A DNA stretch of 64,000 bases from Chrysomallon squamiferum (taxonomy: Eukaryota; Animalia; Mollusca): contig CM022667.1 in NCBI GenBank assembly GCA_012295275.1, forward strand, positions 13,144,001 through 13,208,000, in the 5' to 3' direction. The position numbers and the translations under genes are program-made. Shown piece by piece: positions 51,588-64,000 of this stretch. How positions within the stretch are numbered: the stretch's first letter is position 1; each line of letters begins with the position of its first letter. Under the pieces are notes generated by a model. The model ran no database searches. It was not told the DNA's origin and saw only the letters and a list, made by a program, of their open reading frames with translations.

Positions 51588-53444
51588 GTACACTCACACA
51601 AACACATCTATAATTCACTGATACATACAATTCACACAGATGCAAAAATAGACATACATACTTAATATAGAAACAATAAACACCCATAATTAAGACAGAC
51701 ACAAAGAAAAAATAGCACAGAGATATACATGTAGTATTATACATTATTCAAGATATTTGAAATTCACTTCAAAATAAAAATCAGATAATAATAAATAGAT
51801 TTCTTCTTTTTTTTCAAAGTAACTATGTTCTTCTCTGAATGCTCTAAGAATGAGAGTTAAACTAGTTTTGTTTTAGAGTAACTTAATATTTTGCACTTTT
51901 ATAATGACACAAGGCACAATTTATTTGTATTAATAATGGGATAGGACAAACTGTAATTTTACTAAGTCCAATTATCTGAACAGTATTTGCACTCTAAATA
52001 AATTCTAAGTGCTTATAAATTAATGATAGTTATAACTATAACAATAGATAAATAAATAAATAAATAAAATCACTGTATCTATAAGTATCTGTATCTAAGT
52101 CTATATCTCTATATCTATCTATCTCTATATATATATATACAGTGGACTCTGTTCAAACTCTGGTTAACCCAGATATTTGTGTAAACTGACAGCATTCATT
52201 TAAAAGTCCCGTCCAGCTATCATTAATCTATTATGAAAAAAAAGTCCTAATCTGGATGCAATCTACTATGCTATGAATTTGTGACAAGGGCACAGTGACC
52301 TAAAAAAATGGCAATAAAAACTTTCTAAAGCAAAATTAATAGAAGAGTTTTGTAAAGGTGAACTGAGACAATATCACATAACCAAGCCATTGTTACAAAC
52401 ATAAAATTAAACATCTATCACTCTATATATACACTGATACTGTGTTTCTAATAAAATAGGGCCTTTAACAAAGACTGTATACAGACTCATATAACATAAG
52501 TAATAAAACTATTTAGCTAAAGTTTTATTCTTATGTTTGTTTATGACTACTTGCAGCCTGTTTTCTCAAGTCTTGGACCAGTAGTTACGTTGATTTGTTA
52601 ATTGTAATCTTTACTGTACAGTCAGATACCATGACCATCTCAATTAATTTAATTTGTATTCAAGTTTAAAAGATCTGTGTTTACTGTCAGACTCTAATCA
52701 CAACAGTAAAACAAATCATTTTTGCAGCCATTCATACAGTTGGTTTATAAAAAACTATAATTTGACAGAAATAACACAATTCCACTGGCCTAACACAAAA
52801 TGTGTTCATTTGACTGTTGGACAAAATGGATGCAAGATGTATCAATACTTTCAACTTCCAAATGATATATTTAATAAAATGAAATAATAATAATAATAAA
52901 CAATATGAAATAAAAAAAATTTTAAAAACAGAAAAAGAAAGCAACTTAAACTTTGCCATGGACTACAAGAAAGTGTGAAGTGTAGTACAAAATCTGAATG
53001 GACTGACAACGTACACAGACTTTCGTACAGATACTTTTGCAACCAATGTTAAAGACAGAGACTATGATAGAGAAGTTTGCTTTGATGAGAAATAAGAAAA
53101 AAAAACCCCAGTTTTCTCAGCTGACACTTGATAGATATTTAACCTGTAACATTTATAATAAAACACATCAGTTTCATGTTTAATCTTTATAAACTGGCAC
53201 TCTGTCTAAAATGGCATATCTTGTTGGTTCCAAGTGAATCCAGTTTTAACAGAGTCTATTGTGAGTATATATATATATAAATATATTCTTAATCTTACCT
53301 GTAATATTTTAACTTCTTGTTTCAGTTTGTTTACAGCAGTTTCTGCTTTGACAGCTCTTTTCTGTAATTATATAAGAAAAGTATAAATATTTCTTTATGT
53401 GCTGTGAATCATAATTAATAAACATGTAAATAAACACCTTTTGC

Positions 53445-53500
<56 letters not shown>

Positions 53501-53972
53501 TTCATCATTTTGTATATATATATATATATGTTTTGCATCAGTTTCAGTGTTAATCTTTACCACTAATAAAATACGACTATTAAATATTAGGAATCATGGA
53601 AATGGACATTTCATCCCTTTGTTAATAAATGTACATTTTAGTCTCATATAATAAGCCTTGAAACAAAAATGTATTAAAATTGAATTATGTTTTTTTTATT
53701 ACTGTTGTTGTGACTAGGTTTTCCTCTACTTGCATCACAGCCCGTTCTAACACACTGGTCTCATCCATCTCCTTCTGTTGCTGTTTCTCCATCTGTTTCG
53801 TTAATTCTGAGACTCTGGGAAACAAAAACATCTAGACGTATATTCATCAATACTTAAAAGAACAACTTCACATGCTAAAATTATTGAGATATTGACTATA
53901 ATTAAGAGAAAAATATTGAATATACCTGTCTTTTCAGATAAGTAGTGGTAACAGTAATAGGTATTATAGCAA

Positions 53973-54005
<33 letters not shown>

Positions 54006-55693
54006 CAGCAGCAGTAGTAATAATAATAATAATTACAAGAAGAAAAAAGAAAAAAGAAAACAATTTTTTTCAGACTACATTATTACATTACATATGTGTG
54101 TTTGTTTATCAGTGTTTAGCTTAGTCTTTCTCTTAGATATATTCTACTAACATATTAACACTTATAACATTTATAAGCTTATGAAGTAAGGTAGTCCTTT
54201 CTAAATATGTCTCTCTGTGTAGTTACCTTTTTGATTCTGACTGTGCCACTTGTTTTGCCTCTACAAGCTGAGTTCTGAGTTCATCATTTTCCTTTCTCAA
54301 CTATTTTGTTAAAATGAAATGATTATTATATTAGTATTATTTTATTTATTTAACTATCAATATATTTATTTTTGCAATTTTTAAAATTATCATTATTATT
54401 ATTATTATCGAAATTCAAAAAGATTTTCAATAAAAGAAAAAATTCTTAATTCCAACAATGTTGTTGGTGTTGTTCTTGTTGTTGTTATTGTTATTACTAT
54501 TATTTTTTTTTTTTCCTGTAATTCAGAGTATCCTACCCTTCTTAGTTCCAACTCAATGTCTCCACTGACTTCCACAGTTGAAAGACTTCTTGTCGAATAT
54601 AAAGAATTAGAAGAATTGTCATTGAGGATTCCTGAACTGCTTATCACACCATCGGAAAGAAAATCGGGAAGCCTCGATGGAAGCTGTGGTCCCGGATCGT
54701 TTAACGAATCACTTTCATTATCACTGTTAAAACTGTTATCCAGACAGTTATTTGTTTCTAACTGAACTGCTCCTGCAGTAAAAACAGATTCCAATTCCGG
54801 TCTTGGAGACAGTCTTCCTGACAAATCAGGTATTAAAAAGTCTTGGTTATCATTGTCATTTCTGACATGATGTTTTCTCGTTTGGCTATCACCACTAAAA
54901 TGGTCCTGCACGAAATCTGGAAGATCACTGGCAAAATCAGGTGCTATGTTTTTATTCTTTCCAGCAGTACTTTTGGGGTTTGCCAAAAACCTTTTGAATG
55001 AAAATGGATTGTCAGCACCATGTTTCTTTTTGTAAGTCAGTGATTCTGAAATTGATAACAAGAAATGTTACTTTTATAATGTGAATAAAAAGAAAGAAAC
55101 CCTCCCACCTAAAAGATAATCTCCAAAGTGAAGTAACTGTTTCAAACCTAAAAACATTGAAGTATTAATATTATAATTGGTTTTTATACTTCGAAATAAA
55201 CAAAACTGGCTGTAACTGATCAATTAAGATAAATCTTTCCATGACATAATTTTTAAAAATGTATATATATATTGTTTAATTGAAATGATTATTTATATTT
55301 TTTAAATTATTTTTCTATTGATTTTTTTTTTCATCTATTGAACAATTCCATCTATAATAATAACTTTCTTTTCAAAGCAGCTACATTTTTAAAATACTTT
55401 GTTAATTTTTAATTTAAGTAAAACAAAATAAAACAAAATTATTATTATATAGATATAACAACATCAAACTTATAATTAAAGTTTCAACGCCCACCCTCTG
55501 GTTCCTCTTCGTCAGCAACTACTAAAGTTTTTTCTTTTCTCTGTGCGACCGAATGATCAGGTAAATCGAATATATCATCAATCACAGTGTTCTCGTTTTC
55601 TCTTTCGTGTAATAATGTGTTCTTTTCCTTCTTTTTAATGAATTTGCTAAACGAAAATGGATTTTCCGGATCATCTTCGCCACCTTCCGCCAT
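50367..55693 (-). CDS. ENTR1: Endosome-associated trafficking regulator 1 (SDCCAG3) orthologue, 401 aa, 7 exons
   Basis: Exons 55693-55495, 55045-54537, 54300-54227, 53814-53703, 53361-53299, 51487-51351, 50478-50367; 1206 nt, phases consistent. N-terminal NPFSF motifs and the C-terminal coiled coil QVEENLVTTTKRAVKAETAVNKLKQEVKILQQQVTALQEEN...IKQLQNGIENLRLLSQVLASVDKI match my recollection of the ENTR1 C-terminus (QVEQNLELMTKRAVKAENHVVKLKQE...). Confidence 0.9.
52140..53261. mobile_element. Degenerate non-autonomous TIR DNA transposon (Tc1/mariner/pogo-like) in ENTR1 intron 5
   Basis: Left end TA|CAGTGGACTCTGTTCAAACT; right end reverse complement CAATAGACTCTGTTAAAACT (17/20 match). CAGT termini after a TA are typical of this superfamily. 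A subterminal ACTCTGTCTAAA copy lies at about 53199. No transposase ORF. Confidence 0.65.
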
Positions 55694-56706
55694 ATTGTAA
55701 TGTTGTGATGGGGGGCATTCATTTACAGTTTTTTGAGGTATTAAAGCAGTATCACCTTTTGCATAAATACTACAAAATCGGCTACAGAGATAGTACCTGT
55801 AATTGATTTAATTATTCATTGACCTACATTGTTTGTTTATTTCTGAACAGTTCTCGAATGTATAAATGATATATTGTTCATTAAAACAATAATTATGTCT
55901 CCCGATATCATATGTTTGTAACGGTCTCTCTTCCAAATATTTTGGAACACCATTGCATTAGGAAGCACATACCTTTTGCATCAATTTAGGTTGCTTTATA
56001 ATTTATACTATTTTATGTATTATGGGATATTTCTGTGTATGTTTCTTTAGAAGAAATTGAAAAAATAAATGCGCATTCCTAATAAATCAGTAAGAAGATT
56101 TGCTAATGAATGAATGAATGAATTAATAAGTAAGTAAGTAAGTTAGTAAATAAGTGTAAGTAAGTAAGTAAGTAAATAAATAAATAAGTAAATAAGTGTA
56201 AGTAAGTAAGTAAATAAATAAATAAATAAATAAGTGTAAGTAAGTAAGTAAATAAATAAATAAATAAGCTGGATAATTATTTAATAACAGAATAACTTTA
56301 TTTTATTTACAATATTTTTCGTCTGCATTTATTAACAGTTAACACATACACACACACAAACATATATATATATATGTACATCCACACACAAACCCACAAA
56401 CACAACGATTCATATTCACCATAATTATTCGCATACACAAAGACTCAGTCTTCCTGATCCAATTTACACATTACACCATTCGTTGCAAACGAAATTTATT
56501 AAGGCCTATTCAAAATAGAGTTATTTCTCTTGGACCACTATAAATTTCACAGATCTCTAGACACTGAGTAGGGATTATTTGGATTACCGGAACCATTTAA
56601 TTAAAATATATTAGGAAGCCTAAAAGACTTTGTGCTGTAAATAGGTTTTAAGTTGTTGTTGTTGAAGATGTTATTGTTGTCCTTATTATTACTGTTGTTG
56701 TTGTTG

Positions 56707-56738
<32 letters not shown>

Positions 56739-57626
56739 TTTTTTTTTTTTCATGTTGTTATTATTAATATTATAATTATTATAATTTATTATTTTCTTTC
56801 TTTATTTATTCATTTGTTTTTGTTGTTGCTGTCTTTTTCATTTATTTATTATTTATTTTCTTAATTTAAATCTGATATTTTTTTTTCTTTATTTTATAGT
56901 ATTATTTTATATTTTATTATTTATTATTATTTTTTCTTAATATGTTTTTATAATAGTTCCAATAAACAATTCGTACATTACATGTTGATTTAGGAACGGT
57001 CAAAACAGTAACAACGACAACAACAACAGTGACCACCACAGCTAATATTAAAACAGATTCTACTGTGGAACGAATATCATTGCAAATGAGGCAGCATCCG
57101 GTAATAAAATATAACGAGACTGCTTAACCGTTTGCGTTCACTGAAAATAACATTAACGAAAATAATACTGGCCCTAATGGTTTATTAATATATAAAATTT
57201 AATTGTCGTTGACATTATTTTATTGATGTTGTTGTTTATGGAATATTTTTAACACAGATAATAAACAGCTTTTGTTTCTTTTCTGTAAGACGTACTTCGG
57301 AGTGAGGTTGTTGTATTACGGTGTAATGGGATAAGCAAATCTACACGTAAACATTTACCCACCCATGATATGTGCGTGTGAATGTCTGTTATACATAATA
57401 CCTACACGTGCAGACTGTACAAACGTACATAATCCATACACTCATACATCCTAACATATAGACTCACACACACACACACCCACACATATATGCACATACA
57501 TACACAAAATTATATATATACTTGCATATATACATATATATATTCATACATATATAAAAACATACATACATATATATACACACAAACATATATGCATCCA
57601 TACAATCTATATTTTAGTATGTATAC

Positions 57627-57719
<93 letters not shown>

Positions 57720-58403
57720 CTACTGTAATTAATTGTTTACATCTAGGTAAAAGTGACCTGACAAAACGACCTCATGAAAACACAGGTAAACTGGTACACT
57801 CTTCTGGTGCTCATTCGTATTGCGAAACTGACGAATGACACAATGAATTAATTACGAATCTGTCATGCAGAGGGGAGTGCGCAGTTGTTATTTCATTTTC
57901 ACTATGAAACGTTATGCGCAATTTATCACTCTGGATTTATATCTGACTTTTTATTTTTTTTTAAAATTTTATTTTTTTTTATTTTTTTTTTTTTTTTACC
58001 ACACACACATATAGAACGCGTGATCTATGATGATAACAGGTTAGAGAACGAAAACAAATACATTTGTTATTATGTGCTGAATATCTGCTTTATTAAATAT
58101 TTATTCTGGTAATTTTGTATTTTTTTATATTTTTTTTTTTCGTTGGGTGGGGGGGAGGTGTCTTTGTATATATTTTTCTTTCTTGATTTTGTTTCCAGAA
58201 TAAATAGTTTTAGGAGATCGTTATACGACTGAATATTTCTTGTTAGTTTATTTAGTAATATTTGTTTGTTTGTTTGTTTATTTTGATAAAATTAATGTTT
58301 GTGATTCATTACACTTTTTTTCATGTAAGAGGGAATGAGACGACGAATTAATGAACGAATAAAAGGATAAACAAATGAATGAATATAAACACATACATAT
58401 ACA

Positions 58404-58443
<40 letters not shown>

Positions 58444-59127
58444 CACACACATATGAAATCGTATATCATTTATCTCACAATTTTGTAACGTTATCTACAC
58501 TGGCAAAAATGGCACCGAGAAGTACTGGTTCTCCCCGTCCATTTTATCTCGTAAAAAACGACATCACAAACAACGAGACACTATTTTCATAATCTCTCTC
58601 TCTCTCGAGCCTTCTTCTCTACTACTGATATCCAACCCAGACAAGAAGACTTTTTTCTTTTTTTTTTCCTTTTTTTCTTTTTTCTTTCCCGCAGACTTCA
58701 TTCCCACTGACCACACGAGCAAGACAAGTGTTAGAAGGTCGAGACGACAATACACGTGCGACATACAAACAAACTGACCGGAACGCTTGAACAAAGATGT
58801 CACGTGTGACACATGCCACACGAAAACCGCGTGCTGCCGACGCGCTTTCGTGTAAACAACAAGATGATAAGCACGGAAATATTTAAAAAAAAAAAAAAAA
58901 CGCGGATGCGAACGACAGTTTGTTGGTGTCGTAGGAGGATGGCGATAACAGGGAGGAGGGATGGAAAGCTGGGAAATCAGTTACGTTGGCGTGTTGACGG
59001 AACGAAAGGAAGTGCGGGCCGTTTGTATCCGATAAAGGGAGCAGTTAATAAATGGGAGAAGTAATAAAACTGTTATGGGAAGGACGATTATTGTGTGTTT
59101 TAGTGTGAAGTGTAATGTCACCATCTG

Positions 59128-59240
<113 letters not shown>

Positions 59241-59497
59241 AGTAGAAGAAAACACTCACGTTTTCCACGGCTATTTCTAACGTGCTAAGACTAAGCTCCC
59301 CAGTGTGAGTCGCAGGTGTGGATCTCGTGGTCAGCGTGGCCAAACAAACACGACTTTCAGATCAAAGACGTCACTAATCAGCAGGTGTCAAACGAAGGCG
59401 AATGTTGGCCCATCTACGTCTTATTTTTACTCCGTGAAACCACGTACACTGAAATATTTATAAGTTCTCCTCGAACACCGTAGCATTTCGTTTAATA

Positions 59498-59528
<31 letters not shown>

Positions 59529-59651
59529 AATATAAAAGTGTTCAACGTGGAAATAGCTTGATTTATTTTTGGATTTCAGAAGTCAGTGAAATAAATAAAT
59601 AATATTCGTTCTCATTTAAACATTTGTAATATTAGTAAAATAATCTCTCTC

Positions 59652-59712
59652 GTTTCGTCGTGTTGCTGTTCTGGTTTTCTTCTTCTTTACATCTCTCTCT
59701 CTCTCATCTATC

Positions 59713-59779
<67 letters not shown>

Positions 59780-59817
59780 TAAAGAAGAAGAAAACCAGAA
59801 CAACAACACGACGAAAC
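59652..59817. repeat. Long inverted repeat (foldback) around a (GA)n microsatellite
   Basis: GTTTCGTCGTGTTGCTGTTCTGGTTTTCTTCTTCTTTACATCTCTCTC ... GAGAGAGATGTAAAGAAGAAGAAAACCAGAACAACAACACGACGAAAC: about 41 bp of unique arm with one mismatch, extended by CT/GA pairing. Confidence 0.9.
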
Positions 59818-60351
59818 CCGAGTAGAACTACTAAGTCGTAAACACTTTATTTTCATTCCACGGCGACCAGAAACGCGGAACCGTAAAAAAAAAAAAAAAA
59901 AAAAAAATAATTAACGTCAGGCCACCAACTTCGTCCGCACAACAACGTCGCCTGAGGGGTATTCTGGCGCTGGTTTTCAAAAACAACGTACCTGACGTGG
60001 TGTAGTGATATTTGCTTCACACACGACACAGAGGAAATAAAAATATTTCTTTATGTCACGTTGTCAATAAACTCGACAATGTCTACCCCCGTCTGGAAAC
60101 AAGTGGTGCGGCAAGACAAATGGCTGACAATGTAAAGTTAAGGAATGTTTTTTTATTTTTATTTTTTCTTCTCTTAACGACGTTTCTGCACACGCTTGTG
60201 AATCACTGGCTGTTTTACGTATGAGTCAAACTATTTTCTGTTATGCACTGAGAGAGAGAGAGAGAGGGGAAACCTGATGCAGGTATTATAATGTCTTTTT
60301 TTTTTTTTTATCTGTACCCGATACTGGTGTCCGTAAGATTACTGTTCTTTC

Positions 60352-60430
<79 letters not shown>

Positions 60431-60738
60431 TTCATATTTAAAAACATTTATTTTCCTTTATTTATTTATTTATTTATTCTTTTCGTTTCTTTAGTTTTAT
60501 TTGTTAGATTTAAGATTCGGCTGTTAACAAAAATATCACGTAGAGAGTCAGATGGAGAGAGAGAGAGAGAGAACAACTAAACAACAAAAACAAAATAAAA
60601 ACAACAACACGTAAATATGGTCCCAATGCTTCTGATATATGGCATAATTTTTGATACGCATGCACTTGTTCGCTGATCACTGGGGGTATATAAGTGCGTA
60701 TGTGTATGTAAATTAAAATGACAGGCAACGTTCTGTTT

Positions 60739-60754
60739 TGCGCGCATGCGCGCA
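60739..60754. promoter_or_regulatory. NRF1-type palindrome
   Basis: Perfect 16-bp palindrome TGCGCGCATGCGCGCA containing the NRF1 core GCGCATGCGC. Confidence 0.5.
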
Positions 60755-61038
60755 GCTTAGAGGGAACATAGTGTGTTCGTATCTATGTATTTATGTACGT
60801 GTACATGTACATGTGTGAGTACATGAATGTTTGTGCATGTGCGAGTTCGATATACAACTAGCAGGATATTAACAGTCTAAGTTCCATCTTTTACTTATTT
60901 CAGGCCTGTATACACGAGTACTGACAGGTATTGGTGTAGCAGCCATCGTTATCAGTTCATTGATAACTATACCTCAACAACAACAACAACAACAATAACA
61001 ATAATAATAATAATAATAACAATAACAATAGCAACAGC

Positions 61039-61087
<49 letters not shown>

Positions 61088-61277
61088 TGGCTTCTAATGA
61101 AGATATGTTTTCATCAGATATAATAACTTCTAACATATCACACACACACGCACACACGCGCGCACACACACACACAAACACACAGGTGCGCGCAGCGACA
61201 CAGACACATACACCGATTAAGGCTGTTTACTTTTTAACAGATCTACTTTATTATACATGCATGTGATGCTGAAGTGC

Positions 61278-61363
<86 letters not shown>

Positions 61364-61755
61364 ACATATATATATTAATAAAACATTATCCTGTTTAATT
61401 TTTATTATAACTTCGTATCTTCTTATTACTTTTAATTAGGATCGTAAATACTTCCGAAGACTAAGTTGTTTACAGGCATTAGGAGTTTAATCAATAAATC
61501 AGTTTTATACGTCATAGGTTCGTATTTATAAAAGTATCTATTACCTACGTATATGTCAAAATTTATACAATAATTATATATATATATATATATAATATAC
61601 ACTAAAGCACTTTTCATCACACAGCGTCGTAAACTACCATCGTCGTTATCATCGTTGTCATCATCATCATTAACACGTAAGCCGGATCAACGGGTACATG
61701 CATGTGGAGGGGCACCGTCGATTAAGCAACAACGTCGGGAGAGTAACCGGTGCTA

Positions 61756-61884
61756 TGACGTCACGTGCTGAAATACCACGCAGCTAAATGCCCAAATATT
61801 CACGCAACAACGCCCACTGGCCGCGTGCTTGCGCGCAGTGCACGCAGGGAACCAACCGCCAGTGCACGTGACCAGTGCACGTGA
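61756..61884. promoter_or_regulatory. CRE/E-box composite plus tandem E-boxes in a CpG-rich island
   Basis: TGACGTCACGTG at 61756-61767 (full CRE overlapping CACGTG); direct repeat CCAGTGCACGTGA x2 giving CACGTG-N7-CACGTG at 61865-61883. Confidence 0.6.
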
Positions 61885-62718
61885 TTCTCATTACGGAATG
61901 TCCGTTGTGTTTTCCCAGCTCGCTAAGCCGATGGTCACAATATGGCATTCCTCCCAAACCAACAGGTGGGGAAATTGTCTTAACGGCGTAGGCCCATTTT
62001 TGTTTCAAATGAGTTTCCCTCTCTCTGTTGCTGTTGCTGCTGCTGTCGGAAAAGAAAGGGTGGTTCGGTTGAGCTGTTTTTTTTTTTTTTTTGTTAATAA
62101 ATTTTATTTTAATACGCAGCTTAATACGAAAAGACCATGACTGATCGTGGCGATCACATTTGTGATGATTATGATAAGCATGATAATAGTAATAATACTG
62201 GTAATGATGATTATTGATGACGGGGAGGTAGTAACGATGATGATGATGATGATGATGTTGTTGATAATGATCCTGATAGTGATGACGTATTCATTATAAA
62301 TATAATAGTAATATTTATACTGATATTGATAATGATGATATTGAAAACGGCGAGGCAGTAATGATGATGATAATAACGATAGTGATGCCGACATATTCGT
62401 AATAATTAAGATGGTAATAATGATAATGCTGATGATTATAATGATGATGATCGTGATGAATATGAAAGTTACGACAAAAATAATGAGAAGGTGTTGATGA
62501 CAATAATATGTATTTGTATTTAATATACAGAAATTTATATTTTTCTTTTCTGTTTTCTGAACGTATTAACTAGATGGGGAAAAATAATAATATGTACAAC
62601 AAGAGACTCTAGCCAATACATACAAACATTTAACTCACTGACTAGTTTTGCACAGCACACTTTGTTTTTGTTATGACTAGAAATAACATCCGCGGTAAGT
62701 AATGAGAAGGGACGGATC

Positions 62719-62799
<81 letters not shown>

Positions 62800-64000
62800 T
62801 AAAGAATGTCAATTTTTACATTACAAAAATTTTCAACATTTTAGTTCATGTACGAACAGAGAAATTTACTACTTTAAATATCCAAATGTCAGGCTATTTG
62901 TCAGGCATTTTTATCTTTTATCTTTACTGACGAAATTAACGGCGAAAGCCAGCCTTTTAATTTATTGTCTTCAAATAATTACAGAATATTTTCATTGTGT
63001 GCTTCAGTACTTTTTGCAAGGTAAATTTCGATTTTATTTTCCCCATTTTTGAGTATATTGAAAACCGGTTAAAAAGGAGACCAAAATTATCTTCTTTTGC
63101 CAATAATTATTATTTCTGAGAGAGAATTGCGAAATCATATGAAATATGACCATCATGACGCGTCCATATTTGGACAGGAAAACACATCTTTCATCAGCGC
63201 TCTTTGTTTAGAGCGAGGATAAACGAACGAATTATGGTGTATAGATAAGAAATAGGAATCGTCTTGCATTATTTACTACAGCGGAAACTCGAAATATCGC
63301 AGAACGTAGTTATTCTGTTTCCCCCGAAACAAGTGGTAGCTCTGCGATAACCCAGTTATCTGCCCTTCTATTTCCGACATTCAGCACGAGCAGACTTTTA
63401 AACGAAACGATATTCGTTTATTTACCTTTGTGATCGAAAATAGTTCTTCCCGTTGTGTGTTCCACATTCTTTCTAGCTTGCTTGCATTTATTACTATTTA
63501 AAATAATCACTGAGTTAAAAATGAAAAATAAAATGAAAATAAATAAAATAAAATGATATAAATAAAGTAAATTATCTGAATTATAGATAAGACTTGGTAA
63601 ACAGAATTAACGAAGTTTGTGAAATTCAGTGGACTAGTTTAAAAAAAAAAAAAAAAAAAATTTTTTTAGGTGAATTACATGTTTAAAACGTTCATCTTTG
63701 GGTTGATCAACTCTGTGCATAATTATTTCCTGTTTCAACCAGATATATCTCATGTTTAATAACTACTAGTTTAAATTTTTTATTTTTTTTAATGTTAGTG
63801 CATCCATTTATATATATGTCGATATATATAGACAATATAACTGAATCAATTCAGTGTATTCTTCAAGAACATGAACAATTATTTTATAACGTATCTTTCT
63901 CTGAAAAAAGCTTTAATTGCATCTTCGCATTATTGTGGGCTGTCATTTACCAACAGTGGAGCTACGTCTGGATTGGGAAATGACTTCTACACTTGTATAT

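Noticed and set aside
61784-62140. ORFs of 74 and 103 aa in the CpG-rich island
   Set aside because: No recognisable protein features or splice support, and the longer one lacks an ATG start; better explained as regulatory DNA.

Overview
AT-rich, microsatellite-rich animal genomic DNA with spliceosomal (GT-AG) genes. The protein sequences suggest an invertebrate, probably a lophotrochozoan such as a mollusc (inference; the species cannot be fixed from this window). Five protein-coding genes can be reconstructed by hand. (1) A 7-exon secreted trypsin-family serine protease (+, 739-5928) with an unusual ~400-aa N-terminal extension: Tyr/Pro-rich peptide, convertase sites, helical region, 6-Cys module and Thr/Pro stalk. 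(2,3) A head-to-head inverted pair of 3-exon genes for secreted Gly/His-rich repeat proteins (-, 6410-9078; +, 10060-12550). They share a conserved promoter module, and the + copy has a 2-bp frameshift. (4) A complete ~50-exon CNOT1 (-, 16335-46163) with a 21-copy Phe-periodic octapeptide expansion. (5) A 7-exon ENTR1/SDCCAG3 (-, 50367-55693) with a TIR element in intron 5. The last 8 kb has no credible CDS but is CpG-enriched, with NRF1, CRE and tandem E-box motifs and a long foldback. The best candidate for an undescribed system is the first 12.6 kb: a putative biomaterial (sclerotised structure) locus pairing Gly/His-rich structural proteins with a Tyr-rich, convertase-processed protease. 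All coordinates were counted manually.
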